A DNA stretch of 64,000 nt. Origin: an uncultured Candidatus Saccharibacteria bacterium (GTDB lineage Bacteria > Patescibacteriota > Saccharimonadia > Saccharimonadales > Saccharimonadaceae). Shown in pieces: positions 45,894 through 54,941 of the stretch (position 1 is its first letter; every line of letters starts with the position of its first letter). The notes beneath the pieces are model-generated. The model had not been told where the DNA came from. It saw only the letters and a program-made list of their open reading frames with translations, and searched no databases. A program made the translations under genes and the position numbers. Location: NCBI GenBank assembly GCA_938017675.1, contig CALIJB010000005.1, forward strand, positions 114,140 through 178,139, given 5' to 3'.

Positions 45894-48800
45894 ATGAAAA
45901 TACACAGGAAAAATATCAAATATAAATATCGCCGTATTGGCGTTGGAATAACCGTATTCATTGCGGCATTAAGTTTGGTGCTGGTGAATTTGCCGCGAGC
46001 TCAGGCGTCGCAGCTTAACAAAAAGTACTCTTTTATTAAAACCAATTACACCGTCCCAACGAGTAATGTCGCGTGGGTAGCGCCGAATGGCAACGACACC
46101 TCAGGTAATGGTTCCGAGGGTTCGCCGTACGCTACATTCAAGAAAGCTCTCAGCTCTATTAGTAATGGCGGCACGGTAGTCGCGAAGTCGGGTATTTATC
46201 GTGAACCGCATTTTTTCATCTCTGACGATAATGTGACTATTCAAGCGGCGCCGGGGGCAGAAGTTTGGCTAAAGGGCAGCGATGTCGTAAATTCATGGAC
46301 TAGTGAAAATGGCATATGGAAAACAACTGGGAATTATCACAACTTCTGTCATGTTTGTACCACAAATGCGAATCCAAGCGTTGAAGGTGTCGCGGCCTAC
46401 CCAGAACAGGTTTTCATTAACGATGAGCCGCTAAAGCAGGTTAAAACTAAAGCAGAGGTAACGCCTGGTAGTAATACTTTTTATGTCGAAGACAATACTC
46501 CTACTACGCTCAAAACCCCTAACAATAATGCAGACGGCTATAATATTGGCCAGCAAGATGCGATATCTTATTATATTGGCAAGAATCCAGCTAGCGGTGT
46601 AACCGAGATATCAGAGCGGGCGCGAGCTTTCACTAGTACTGGCAAAAACGTTTCCGTAAAGGGCATTAACGTTGCTCAGTATTCGCCTGTTCAGGTTTGG
46701 GGTTTTAAGGATCCTTACGATCCTGCCGCTGACAGAGGAGTTTATTCGGGTCCAACCGCAGTAAGTATCAACGGAACTGGCTCGTTGGTTCAAGATATGA
46801 TTGTCACCCAAAGTGCAAGCCAAGGCCTGTTCTTTAACAAAGCAGAATCGTCGACGGCGCGCGGCGTAAAGGCGATAGATAATGGCGGCTCGGGAGTTGG
46901 GGCTAACAAATCTCACAACACAGTATTTACTAACGGTGAATTATATGGCAACAACGCGGAAGGTTTCTTGACGATTGGCTGCGGAGCTTATTGTACGATG
47001 GCCGATATCAAAGTTACGCATACGCGAAATTTCACATTCCGCAATAATATTGTTGATTATTCTCGCGACGCTAAAGCGTATTCTACTGCTGCCAACGCCA
47101 ATAGCGAAGGTATGATTGGCCTTTGGTGTGACGAGGGTTGTGTAGAAACGAAAATCGTTGGCAACTTCTTTACTAATTCTCCGCTTGCTATCATGTACGA
47201 GGTCTCTGGTAATGGTATAATTGCCTCTAATATAATCGAGAGCTCCGGTACGGGTATTCGCGTAGCTGGCAGCGATGATGTTAAGGTGTATAACAACACC
47301 ATATCTCGTACTTATCGGCCAATATACATATTTGAAGACAGTCGTATTGACGGATGTAATTATTGGAAAGGCGGGTCCTGTGTAGCTAACGAAAGCTGGT
47401 CGCAGGGACTGGGTCTAGATTGGAATACTTCGGGCGTTGAATTGTATAACAACATTATATCTTCGCGGCCGTTAGCTCGAACAGAGGATCTTTCTGGCGG
47501 TAATTATCAACGCGCGTATTCACTGCGTGTTGAAGGATCTCAGAATGATCAAAATAGACCGTATGTCGATGCCAACGATATGCTCAAAGGGTTTGATTAT
47601 AATGTATATTACCGTAACGAATCAGACGATATAAATTTGTCGGTGTGGGATTTCAAACAGATTCCTTCAAAGACTGATACAGTTATAAGCAGAGCTTCTG
47701 ATATCGCGAATAATCCAAAATTGTCGAACTCGATTGACGGCCGCGATGCGCATTCGCTTGATACTTTTGGCTCGCGAGCAAATAATCCGTATTTCGTGAA
47801 AGAAGCAGCAAATAATAACGATTACAAAAAGAGCAATTACAATCTCAAACCAGGTAGCCCAGCTATCAACAAAGGTAAACCGTTATCTAGCGACGTAGCG
47901 CAGGCGATTGACCCAACAGGCAAAACTGTTAAAGCTGGCGTGCCGGTAAATGCTGGTGCTTTGGTTAATGTGCTGATGGATGCGACGGGCGGGCAGACTC
48001 CGCCGACACCTCCAGTAACTGTCAATATTCCTGATGCTGGCCTCAAGGCGGCTATCAATAAAACGCTTGACAGCAATCGTCCGAGCACCCAGGATATCAC
48101 AGTGGACGAGCTAGCTCAGTTGACGCAACTTACCGTAGACGGCGGTGTTAAAGTTAAAAATTTAACAGGCCTCGAGAAGGCAGCTAATTTACAAGAGCTG
48201 AAGATTGACAATAACGAAGTTGCTGATTTGGCGCCTTTGTCATCGTTAGCAAAATTGACCAAGTTGACAATGACAAATAACAAAGTCGCGTCGATCGAAC
48301 CGTTGGCGTATTTGGCTAACTTAAGCGTACTTTTAGCGTCTGGCAATCCGATTGCTTCGACCAAGCCGCTAGCTAATCTGACGCATTTGACACAAGTAAG
48401 TGTAGATAGTAAATCGACAGCGTTTGATATTTCTGATTTTGCCAAGAGTGCGGGCACCTTGACGACATTGCAGTTGTCTGGTGCTGATAATGGTACGCCG
48501 CAGTTAGTGCATAGCGAAGTTCTAAAGCAACTTACTAAAGTAACGACTCTCCAAGTATCGTCAACCTCGTTAACCGATAACGATCTGAATAGTATTGGCG
48601 TGATGACGCAATTAACGTCGCTGCAAGCAGACCGCAGTAATATTAGCGATATGTCGTTTGCGGGCCGCTTAACTAAATTAACTAAGCTTGACGTTTCTAA
48701 TCAGCGTGTCCGTATGAGTACGAGTACAACGCCGTTTGCATCGCCGCTCAAAGATGTATCGGGTACGGCTGTTGCTATAACCAACAGCGCTGATTTGGCT

Positions 48801-51026
48801 AATGATGGGGCTGGTCGTGTCAAAATTGTCTCGCCAATTTATGATAATAATGCTCATGAGTTGTCGGCAACTTGGACCAAGAATGTTACAGTTGGCACTG
48901 CTACCGCCCAATTCAACGGTCAGCTAACAGTGTCTGCAACGCTGCCAAAAGCTGATAAAGCTCAGCTCCAAGCGCAAATAGATCGCGCGAATAACTCTGC
49001 AGATTATATCAAAGCAGATGTGACGGTAGCCAGTGCGCTGTCAGCTGCGAAAAACGTTGTTGCTAAACAAAATCCGACACCTGCCGAAATTAGCCAAGCG
49101 ACAAACGACCTCAAGCAAGCACTTGATGCCGCAATAGCTAAAGAAACGGCAGCTCAAGCGGCCGCACGGACAGCGGTTGATAAGGCAAAAAACAGTAAGT
49201 CGCCTGCTGATATTCGCGCTGCAGAGGCACTTTTAGCGCACGTTCAGGACACAGACAAGAAATCAGCGATGCAAGATGAGCTCAACGCCGTCAAACAGGA
49301 AATTACCGATGCGCGGACAGCCTTATCGAAATTGATTGACAAGGCGAAGAACACGCCGACGGATGGTCTAGCGGCCGAGACTGTTGCTGCTTTGAATACC
49401 GCAATTGCTGCAGCTAAAGCAGTCAATAACGACCAAGAGTCAACTTTGGCGCAGCTCAATGAAGCCAAAACCAAATTGCAATCAGCTCTTGATAACCTCA
49501 AAACCGATAAGACAGCGCTAGCCAAAGCTATAGCGGATGCTGACCAAGAGCCAGTTTATATCAAGAACGATTCAGCGGTTAAAACTGCTCTGCAACATGC
49601 TAAGAATGTTTATGCTGCGGCTAATCCAACGCCAGCAGAAGTTAACACAGCTGTCAATAATTTGAAGTCGGCAATTAATGCTGCTAAAAAGAAAGAAACT
49701 GATGCTCAAACAGCTGCTGCCAATGCGGTTGCGGCAGCAGAAGGCGCTAAAACGGCGCAGTCGATAACGGCGGCTCAAACTCTCGTTGACGCTGTCCAGG
49801 ACGCGTCGGTTAAGTCTGCTCTGCAGGCGCGTCTTGATGCTGTATCGCAGCAGCTTAGCAATGCTAAACAAACGCTTGCCACACTTATTACTAAAGCTGA
49901 GGCTGTCGATACGACTGGTATGAGTGCTGACACTGTCAATGCGCTAAAGGCTAAAATTAAGCAAGCTAAACAAGTCTACAATGATGCTTCAGTATCAGTA
50001 ATGCGACTGCAAGCGGCGGCGTCGGAGTTGCAAGCAGCTCTCGATGCCTTGCGGCCAGACAAGACTACTTTGCGCGACGTGATTGCTCGGGCGGAAGCGC
50101 AGCCAGCGTATATCCGAAACGATCCTGCAGTCAAATCTGCTTTGCAGCATGCCAAGAACGTTGAGGCCGCTGCTAGCTCGACGCCAGCTGATATTAGTTC
50201 CGCGATACAGCAGCTCAATTCGGCAGTTACTGCCGCTCAGAAGAAAGAAGCTGACGTCCAGGCGGCCGCCCAGGCAGCTGTTGCCGATGCTGAAAGCCAG
50301 AAAACTGCTCAGTCTATAGCGCATGCGCGAACACTAGTCGATAAAGTACAGGATCAAGCCGTTAAGACAAACCTTCAGGCGCGCCTAGATGCGATTGTTG
50401 TCCAAACCTTTGTCAACAAGCAAACAATTCGCCAAGCAAACAATACCAATATTACGCTGTCTACCTCAGGAGATAAATGTTACAACATCAAAAACGCTGC
50501 TGCGGTAGGGCAGCCGAAAAATATTCCGACTGGCTATCAGATGCAGGGCTCGGCCAAGTTTACGATCAACTGTGACGGACATGCGCAGCCAGCGGTTGGG
50601 TATACTACCAAAATTACTCTCGAATTATCGCGTATCTACAAAGTTAATCGCCTAAAAGTAATCAAGTACAGTATTAATGGCGCTAATGCTACCGATATTA
50701 CCGAGAAAGTCACACTCAAAACATCAGTCGATGGCAAACGCACTATTGTTGAATACTCAATTACCGATGGCGGCTTTGGCGACATGGATAAAACTGCTAA
50801 CGGTGTTATCGACGATCCGGTTATAATTTATGAGCGGTCAGAGAATACTACGCCAGCTAATGGTGGCAATCAACCTGGAGCTCCAGCAAAGAATAGCAAG
50901 GCTACTGCTAACGGCGGACGCTTATCTGAAACTGGCGATAGCCTATACGGTTATATTATCGGCGCTGGCGTACTGGTGCTAGGCGGCGCTGCCGGTGTAT
51001 ACGCTATCATTCGTCGTCGCCAATAA
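45894..51026 (+). CDS. Giant cell-surface protein: beta-helix region, internalin-like LRRs, helical repeats, C-terminal beta domain, LSETG sorting signal
   Basis: It has an N-terminal TM/signal segment. Parallel beta-helix-like repeats are present (NNIVDYS, NNTISRT, NNIISS). About ten 22-aa LRRs follow (LxxLxxLxLxxNxIxDLxPL). There are 2.6 copies of a 184-aa Ala/Lys/Gln-rich repeat. The C-terminus has a DGGFGDMDKTANGVIDDP motif, then LSETG, a hydrophobic helix and RRRQ. Confidence 0.8.
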   Translation: MKIHRKNIKYKYRRIGVGITVFIAALSLVLVNLPRAQASQLNKKYSFIKTNYTVPTSNVAWVAPNGNDTSGNGSEGSPYATFKKALSSISNGGTVVAKSGIYREPHFFISDDNVTIQAAPGAEVWLKGSDVVNSWTSENGIWKTTGNYHNFCHVCTTNANPSVEGVAAYPEQVFINDEPLKQVKTKAEVTPGSNTFYVEDNTPTTLKTPNNNADGYNIGQQDAISYYIGKNPASGVTEISERARAFTSTGKNVSVKGINVAQYSPVQVWGFKDPYDPAADRGVYSGPTAVSINGTGSLVQDMIVTQSASQGLFFNKAESSTARGVKAIDNGGSGVGANKSHNTVFTNGELYGNNAEGFLTIGCGAYCTMADIKVTHTRNFTFRNNIVDYSRDAKAYSTAANANSEGMIGLWCDEGCVETKIVGNFFTNSPLAIMYEVSGNGIIASNIIESSGTGIRVAGSDDVKVYNNTISRTYRPIYIFEDSRIDGCNYWKGGSCVANESWSQGLGLDWNTSGVELYNNIISSRPLARTEDLSGGNYQRAYSLRVEGSQNDQNRPYVDANDMLKGFDYNVYYRNESDDINLSVWDFKQIPSKTDTVISRASDIANNPKLSNSIDGRDAHSLDTFGSRANNPYFVKEAANNNDYKKSNYNLKPGSPAINKGKPLSSDVAQAIDPTGKTVKAGVPVNAGALVNVLMDATGGQTPPTPPVTVNIPDAGLKAAINKTLDSNRPSTQDITVDELAQLTQLTVDGGVKVKNLTGLEKAANLQELKIDNNEVADLAPLSSLAKLTKLTMTNNKVASIEPLAYLANLSVLLASGNPIASTKPLANLTHLTQVSVDSKSTAFDISDFAKSAGTLTTLQLSGADNGTPQLVHSEVLKQLTKVTTLQVSSTSLTDNDLNSIGVMTQLTSLQADRSNISDMSFAGRLTKLTKLDVSNQRVRMSTSTTPFASPLKDVSGTAVAITNSADLANDGAGRVKIVSPIYDNNAHELSATWTKNVTVGTATAQFNGQLTVSATLPKADKAQLQAQIDRANNSADYIKADVTVASALSAAKNVVAKQNPTPAEISQATNDLKQALDAAIAKETAAQAAARTAVDKAKNSKSPADIRAAEALLAHVQDTDKKSAMQDELNAVKQEITDARTALSKLIDKAKNTPTDGLAAETVAALNTAIAAAKAVNNDQESTLAQLNEAKTKLQSALDNLKTDKTALAKAIADADQEPVYIKNDSAVKTALQHAKNVYAAANPTPAEVNTAVNNLKSAINAAKKKETDAQTAAANAVAAAEGAKTAQSITAAQTLVDAVQDASVKSALQARLDAVSQQLSNAKQTLATLITKAEAVDTTGMSADTVNALKAKIKQAKQVYNDASVSVMRLQAAASELQAALDALRPDKTTLRDVIARAEAQPAYIRNDPAVKSALQHAKNVEAAASSTPADISSAIQQLNSAVTAAQKKEADVQAAAQAAVADAESQKTAQSIAHARTLVDKVQDQAVKTNLQARLDAIVVQTFVNKQTIRQANNTNITLSTSGDKCYNIKNAAAVGQPKNIPTGYQMQGSAKFTINCDGHAQPAVGYTTKITLELSRIYKVNRLKVIKYSINGANATDITEKVTLKTSVDGKRTIVEYSITDGGFGDMDKTANGVIDDPVIIYERSENTTPANGGNQPGAPAKNSKATANGGRLSETGDSLYGYIIGAGVLVLGGAAGVYAIIRRRQ
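48954..50405 (+). repeat. Tandem 552-nt coding repeat, 2.6 copies
   Basis: Repeat units start at 48954, 49506 and 50058 (DKAQLQAQI / DKTALAKAI / DKTTLRDVI), so the period is exactly 552 nt. Confidence 0.85.
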
Positions 51027-51081
51027 GAGTCGTTTTATCTCGCTATCTCGATTACCGCTCATGGTTTATAATAGTTGACAG

Positions 51082-51558
51082 ATGAAGCTTATTGAAAGAT
51101 TACGCCAACAACTGCATTATATCTGGTTTAATTACGCGAACTTTAATGGATTGGTGCTGTTGTTGGCGATTATCATTGCGATTAGCTGGGTGATGGGTAC
51201 AATGTCGACGATCCAGACGAACTTTAGCGCCCAACGAGCGCTTGACGAAAAAAAACAACAATTACGGCTGGCGCAGCTAGAAGTAGAGACGCTGAAATAC
51301 GAACAAAATTATTATAAGAGCGATGAATATAAAGAGCTAGAAGCGCGCAGCAAGTTAGGTCTGGCAGACCCTGGCGAGAAGCAGCTGATACTGCCAGAGA
51401 ATAGCGCTGCAGTGAAATCTCTCGACAGCCAAGACGATAGCTCATCTTATGTTAAAACAGCTCCACGTAACAATACACCTGCCGTGCACAAGTCAAACTT
51501 CCAACAATGGATTGATTTTCTGACTGGCAAAACTGCTGTTTCGCGCTTGCAGAAGTGA
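51082..51558 (+). CDS. Septum formation initiator family protein (FtsB/DivIC-like)
   Basis: It has a TM helix, a coiled coil and an ARSKLGLADPGEKQLILP motif. Confidence 0.8.
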   Translation: MKLIERLRQQLHYIWFNYANFNGLVLLLAIIIAISWVMGTMSTIQTNFSAQRALDEKKQQLRLAQLEVETLKYEQNYYKSDEYKELEARSKLGLADPGEKQLILPENSAAVKSLDSQDDSSSYVKTAPRNNTPAVHKSNFQQWIDFLTGKTAVSRLQK

Positions 51559-51576
51559 TACGTAATTTGCTATAAT
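51547..51576 (+). promoter_or_regulatory. Candidate sigma-70-type promoter for the initiator tRNA
   Basis: TTGCAG-N18-TATAAT ends 11 nt before the mature tRNA 5' end. Confidence 0.5.
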
Positions 51577-51587
51577 AGTACCCGTAT

Positions 51588-51665
51588 CGCGGGGTGGAGC
51601 AGCCTGGTCAGCTCGCTTGGCTCATAACCAAGAGGTCGCTGGTTCAAATCCAGCCCCCGCTACCA
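51588..51665 (+). tRNA. Initiator tRNA-fMet (CAU), CCA encoded
   Basis: CGCGGGGTGGAGCAGCCTGGTCAGCTCGCTTGGCTCATAACCAAGAGGTCGCTGGTTCAAATCCAGCCCCCGCTACCA is near-identical in the acceptor, D and T arms to the E. coli initiator as I remember it. Position 1:72 is unpaired (C1, U72). Confidence 0.9.
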
Positions 51666-51667
51666 AG

Positions 51668-51698
51668 AAAAAAGCTCAACTTTTGGTCGAGCTTTTTT
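51668..51698. terminator. Bidirectional intrinsic terminator (A6-GCTC...GAGC-T6)
   Basis: It lies between the convergent tRNA-fMet and the 51717 CDS. Confidence 0.75.
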
Positions 51699-51716
51699 CT
51701 TGGTTAACTGACTGGT

Positions 51717-53093
51717 TTAAGCTAATTTGCTAGCAGCGACCCGAACAGCTTCGCTCCAGCTCAAGAAAACGTGCGGCGTGTCTGCTAGATCTTTGGCGGT
51801 TAGGCCGTGCCGCACAGCTAGGGCGATTTCGTGGATACTATCGCTAGCATTCGGCGCGACTATAGTACCGCCGGCTATAACGCCTTTCTTGTCGCATACT
51901 AGTTTGACGAAGCCGTCGCGGAAATCGCTGGTGTTGGAGCGGCCGATGATTGATAGCGGCGCTATGGCTTTTTTGATTTTGAGGTCGCGTTTGATACAAT
52001 CGTCTTCGGTCAGGCCGACAGAAGATACTTCCGGAAAGGTGAAAGTTGTCCGCGGTGTAGCAGTATAATCTGGCGCGATTTGATTCTTTGAAAAAAGGTT
52101 ATGAGCAGCAATCCGCGATTCTAGCAGTGCAGTATGCGTGTGCTCAGAGTTGCCGATAATATCCCCAGCTGCATAAATGTGGCGTGCGCTTGTCTGTAAA
52201 TATTCATTAACATGGATGCCAGTTGGGTCGTATTGGACACTAGCGTTCTCTAGGCCTAGGTCAAGGTTTGGCTGACGTCCAGTCGCCACCAAGATATCCT
52301 CGACGCGTACCGACTTTTCGACACCGCCGCGCAGGAATGATACGCGGTAGCCGAGTCCGTCTTTGACTGCTGCGACTGTTCGTGTTTGCGTCAATGACGT
52401 AATGCCTTTATGCTTCTTGAGGTAGGCTTCTAGCAGCTCGCCAACTTCTTCGTCTTCTTTTGGTAAAATGCGGGCAGCGATATCAGTCAAATAAACCCTA
52501 GTACCGAAAGTAGCCATCAGCTGCGCGATCTCGACGCCAACACTGCCAGCACCTATGATGTAAAGACTCTTTGGTGGACGCATCGACTCCAGAATAGTGC
52601 GCGCTGTCAAAAATGGGATTTCGTCTAATCCTGGTACTTCTGGTGCTACCCAGTGCGAACCCGTAGCGACCAGGAATCTTTCGGCACTAATGTGCTTGCG
52701 TCGAACGGAAATTTCATTGGGCGACAGAAAGTGGGCATGTCCAGTATAGGTAGTGATGCCTTGGTTTTCGTAAAATTTGCGATTACCAGCAGCCCCAGTT
52801 CGCTTGACGGCGAGGTCTTTCCAGGCGCGGATACTCGGATAATTGTAGCCAAGCGTGTTAGAGCGTAGGCCGAACTTAGCGCCGTGGCGTGCTTGATCAT
52901 AGAGGTGCGCGACGTGTAATAAGGCGTTGGTTGGTACATCGCTCCAGTTAGGCGAATCGCCGCCGAAGGTATCTTCCTCGATAATTGCTACGCGCGCGCC
53001 ATTGCGAGCGGCGATAGTAGCAGCGGCTGATCCGCCAGCTCCGCTACCGATAACTACTAAATCGTAATCAAATTTATTGTGTCTCTTCGCCAT
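51717..53093 (-). CDS. Pyridine nucleotide-disulfide oxidoreductase-fold flavoprotein lacking the redox-active Cys pair
   Basis: GSGAGGSAAA (FAD site), GAGSVGVE (NAD site) and AAGDIIG motifs and a dimerisation domain are present. The expected GGTCLNVGCIPSK position reads GGDSPNWSDVPTN. Confidence 0.8.
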   Translation of the reverse strand: MAKRHNKFDYDLVVIGSGAGGSAAATIAARNGARVAIIEEDTFGGDSPNWSDVPTNALLHVAHLYDQARHGAKFGLRSNTLGYNYPSIRAWKDLAVKRTGAAGNRKFYENQGITTYTGHAHFLSPNEISVRRKHISAERFLVATGSHWVAPEVPGLDEIPFLTARTILESMRPPKSLYIIGAGSVGVEIAQLMATFGTRVYLTDIAARILPKEDEEVGELLEAYLKKHKGITSLTQTRTVAAVKDGLGYRVSFLRGGVEKSVRVEDILVATGRQPNLDLGLENASVQYDPTGIHVNEYLQTSARHIYAAGDIIGNSEHTHTALLESRIAAHNLFSKNQIAPDYTATPRTTFTFPEVSSVGLTEDDCIKRDLKIKKAIAPLSIIGRSNTSDFRDGFVKLVCDKKGVIAGGTIVAPNASDSIHEIALAVRHGLTAKDLADTPHVFLSWSEAVRVAASKLA

Positions 53094-53102
53094 TCATGTC
53101 TC

Positions 53103-53378
53103 CTACATCATTTTTTTGTGGTGTTTATATAAATATGCTGCGTCAGGGTGATTATGTTCTAGAAATCGTCCAGCTTGCGCGCGAATATCGGTGGTGGTAA
53201 TGTCTGATTTTTGGCCGCTCCAAGCTTCGACCTCGCGAGCAGCTTGATCGGCTAAATTGCGGGCTAACCCTTCGGGGCTTTTAGCACTAAGACAGGCGGC
53301 ATACAGGCTAGCACGTAGCTTTTTGGCATCGAAATCTTCTGGCGGGCGTTTGCCTCGTTTGAAAACGGTAACTTTCAT
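53103..53378 (-). CDS. Stand-alone ATP-cone domain protein
   Basis: VFKRGKRPPEDFDAKKLRASLYAAC ... ITTTDIRAQAGRFL ... AAYLYKHH matches the ATP-cone pattern. The length is 91 aa. Confidence 0.7.
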   Translation of the reverse strand: MKVTVFKRGKRPPEDFDAKKLRASLYAACLSAKSPEGLARNLADQAAREVEAWSGQKSDITTTDIRAQAGRFLEHNHPDAAYLYKHHKKMM

Positions 53379-54088
53379 ACAGCATTCACCTGGATGATTA
53401 AGTCGGAAACAGTATTAACGTATATATAAAAACCAAGGATAATCAAACCCAGCCCAGCAGCGAATTGTAAAAAGTATTTGTTTTGTTCGCGCCAGCGCTG
53501 GATGCGGCTCAGTTGGCGGCCGCTGCCAATCAATAGGGCAACGATGAGCAGCCCGAGCGAAGCAGCTAGCGTATAACCTGCTGCGCCAACGATTTGCCAA
53601 ATCGGCGGCAGCGCGATGATGGCGCAGGCTGCGGTAATGATTGGTACAATAGTAAATAGTAGTTCTGCAACAACGCTAGTCAATCCTAGACTAAACGCTT
53701 CGGCGGCAAGACTGGCTTTGGCGGTGCGTTTACGCAAGAATCGGGCAAAACTGCGTGAAATCCACAATTCGGTACCTTCGGTTTTACGATAGTAAAAAAG
53801 GATAACTGCCAAGCCAACGATCATCAGGCCGGCAGTCAAAGTGATCCACAACAAACTACTGTGCGGCGCGAATACACCGATAGCATAGCTAGCGAAACTA
53901 ACGCACAAAAGCGTCATAGTAAAGGCGCCAGCCACAAAGCTGAATAGCAGCCGTAACGTGCGCCGAGCGGCCAGTTTGCGTCCTAAGGCGTGCCCCGATA
54001 GAGACGTAGCCATACTAACGCTTAACTGAAAGCTAGCGTGGATAAGTCCTGCCAGGGCGATGATGCTAACAGCGATGAGAGTATTCAT
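53375..54088 (-). CDS. Six-helix membrane protein, unknown family
   Basis: It has about six hydrophobic helices and shares an ATGA overlap with the ATP-cone gene. Confidence 0.55.
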   Translation of the reverse strand: MNTLIAVSIIALAGLIHASFQLSVSMATSLSGHALGRKLAARRTLRLLFSFVAGAFTMTLLCVSFASYAIGVFAPHSSLLWITLTAGLMIVGLAVILFYYRKTEGTELWISRSFARFLRKRTAKASLAAEAFSLGLTSVVAELLFTIVPIITAACAIIALPPIWQIVGAAGYTLAASLGLLIVALLIGSGRQLSRIQRWREQNKYFLQFAAGLGLIILGFYIYVNTVSDLIIQVNAV

Positions 54089-54184
54089 GTTTGTCTTGAT
54101 AATCCTTATCTTATTTATACCATAAGCGGTCTGGCGAAGTCAAAAGATTTTGTAAAAAGGTATTGCTTTTTTGGCAAGTTTGTG

Positions 54185-54216
54185 TTATACTAAAAGTATA
54201 AGTAATTAACTTATAC
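54185..54216. promoter_or_regulatory. Overlapping inverted repeats TTATAC-N5-GTATAA and GTATAAGT-N5-ACTTATAC
   Basis: These were read directly. They lie 18 nt upstream of the small ORF at 54234. Confidence 0.35.
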
Positions 54217-54233
54217 AAAAAAGGAAAATAAAA

Positions 54234-54368
54234 ATGGAAGTCACCGAATCAAATAACTCATTACACAACGAGAATGCCACCTGGAATCGGCCGCGTACAA
54301 CGGTAGAACTGCGAGAATTTATTAATCGCCGTAATGATCTGCTGGAAGTTGAAGATTTTGCGTTTTAG
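54234..54368 (+). CDS. Possible 44-aa acidic peptide (not in ORF track)
   Basis: The ATG follows an AAGGA RBS. The peptide is MEVTESNNSLHNENATWNRPRTTVELREFINRRNDLLEVEDFAF and is followed by a hairpin. Confidence 0.3.
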   Translation: MEVTESNNSLHNENATWNRPRTTVELREFINRRNDLLEVEDFAF

Positions 54369-54393
54369 CGGCGGTTTAAGCGCAAAGAAAAAT

Positions 54394-54412
54394 CCCCGCG
54401 GCAAAGGCGGGG
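54394..54412. terminator. GC hairpin CCCCGC-N7-GCGGGG flanked by A- and T-rich runs (bidirectional terminator candidate)
   Basis: It lies downstream of both the minus-strand tRNA and the small plus-strand ORF. Confidence 0.6.
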
Positions 54413-54421
54413 AGCTTTCTT

Positions 54422-54498
54422 TGGTAGCACTGACTGGGATCGAACCAGTGACCTTAGGCTTATGAGTCCTACGCTCTAACCAACTGAGCTACAGTGCC
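54422..54498 (-). tRNA. tRNA with CAU anticodon (elongator Met or Ile2/lysidine), CCA encoded
   Basis: The reverse complement is GGCACTGTAGCTCAGTTGGTTAGAGCGTAGGACTCATAAGCCTAAGGTCACTGGTTCGATCCCAGTCAGTGCTACCA. It has a G1:U72 pair and an A31/G39 mismatch closing the anticodon stem. Confidence 0.8.
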
Positions 54499-54627
54499 GC
54501 AAGAGTAAAGCACTGTAGATTATAGCAGATAACAGTAATCGGTGGCAAGCTAGGCTTTTTAAGGATAATTTAATGAAGCTGGCGGATAATACGCTTTGAG
54601 AAATATTTCCCGTACTTCTCTAGTGAG

Positions 54628-54650
54628 CCGCCCTTCTGTGTCAAGGGCGG
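54628..54650 (+). other. Strong hairpin CCGCCCTT-N7-AAGGGCGG immediately upstream of the polymerase-operon -10 box
   Basis: This was read directly. It is followed by TTTGCTATTC and then TGcTATAAT (extended -10, 54663..54671). Confidence 0.5.
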
Positions 54651-54677
54651 TTTGCTATTCTGTGCTATAATTTTGCC

Positions 54678-54941
54678 GTGAACGATGAGCTAGAATTGAA
54701 TGAACGAGTAGAAGTTATTGCGACGTTTGGCAGCGGTTTAGAATTGTGCGTGCCGCGGCGGTTTAGGCGTCCGAATGGGCGTGAGATTGAAGTAAGTGAG
54801 CTAGGTTTGCGGCATCCAGTAGCTAAAGGGCGGCGAACGATACATATTTTTGATGTGACGGACGGGCAAGCTGATTATCGGCTGGAATTTGATAGCGAGC
54901 GGTTGACTTGGCGATTGACGCGCGAGGCGGAGCATGGTTGA
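54678..54941 (+). CDS. Small protein translationally coupled to the Y-family polymerase
   Basis: The GTG start is 6 nt after TATAAT and the gene overlaps the polymerase gene by 8 nt. No family was confidently recognised. Confidence 0.5.
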   Translation: MNDELELNERVEVIATFGSGLELCVPRRFRRPNGREIEVSELGLRHPVAKGRRTIHIFDVTDGQADYRLEFDSERLTWRLTREAEHG

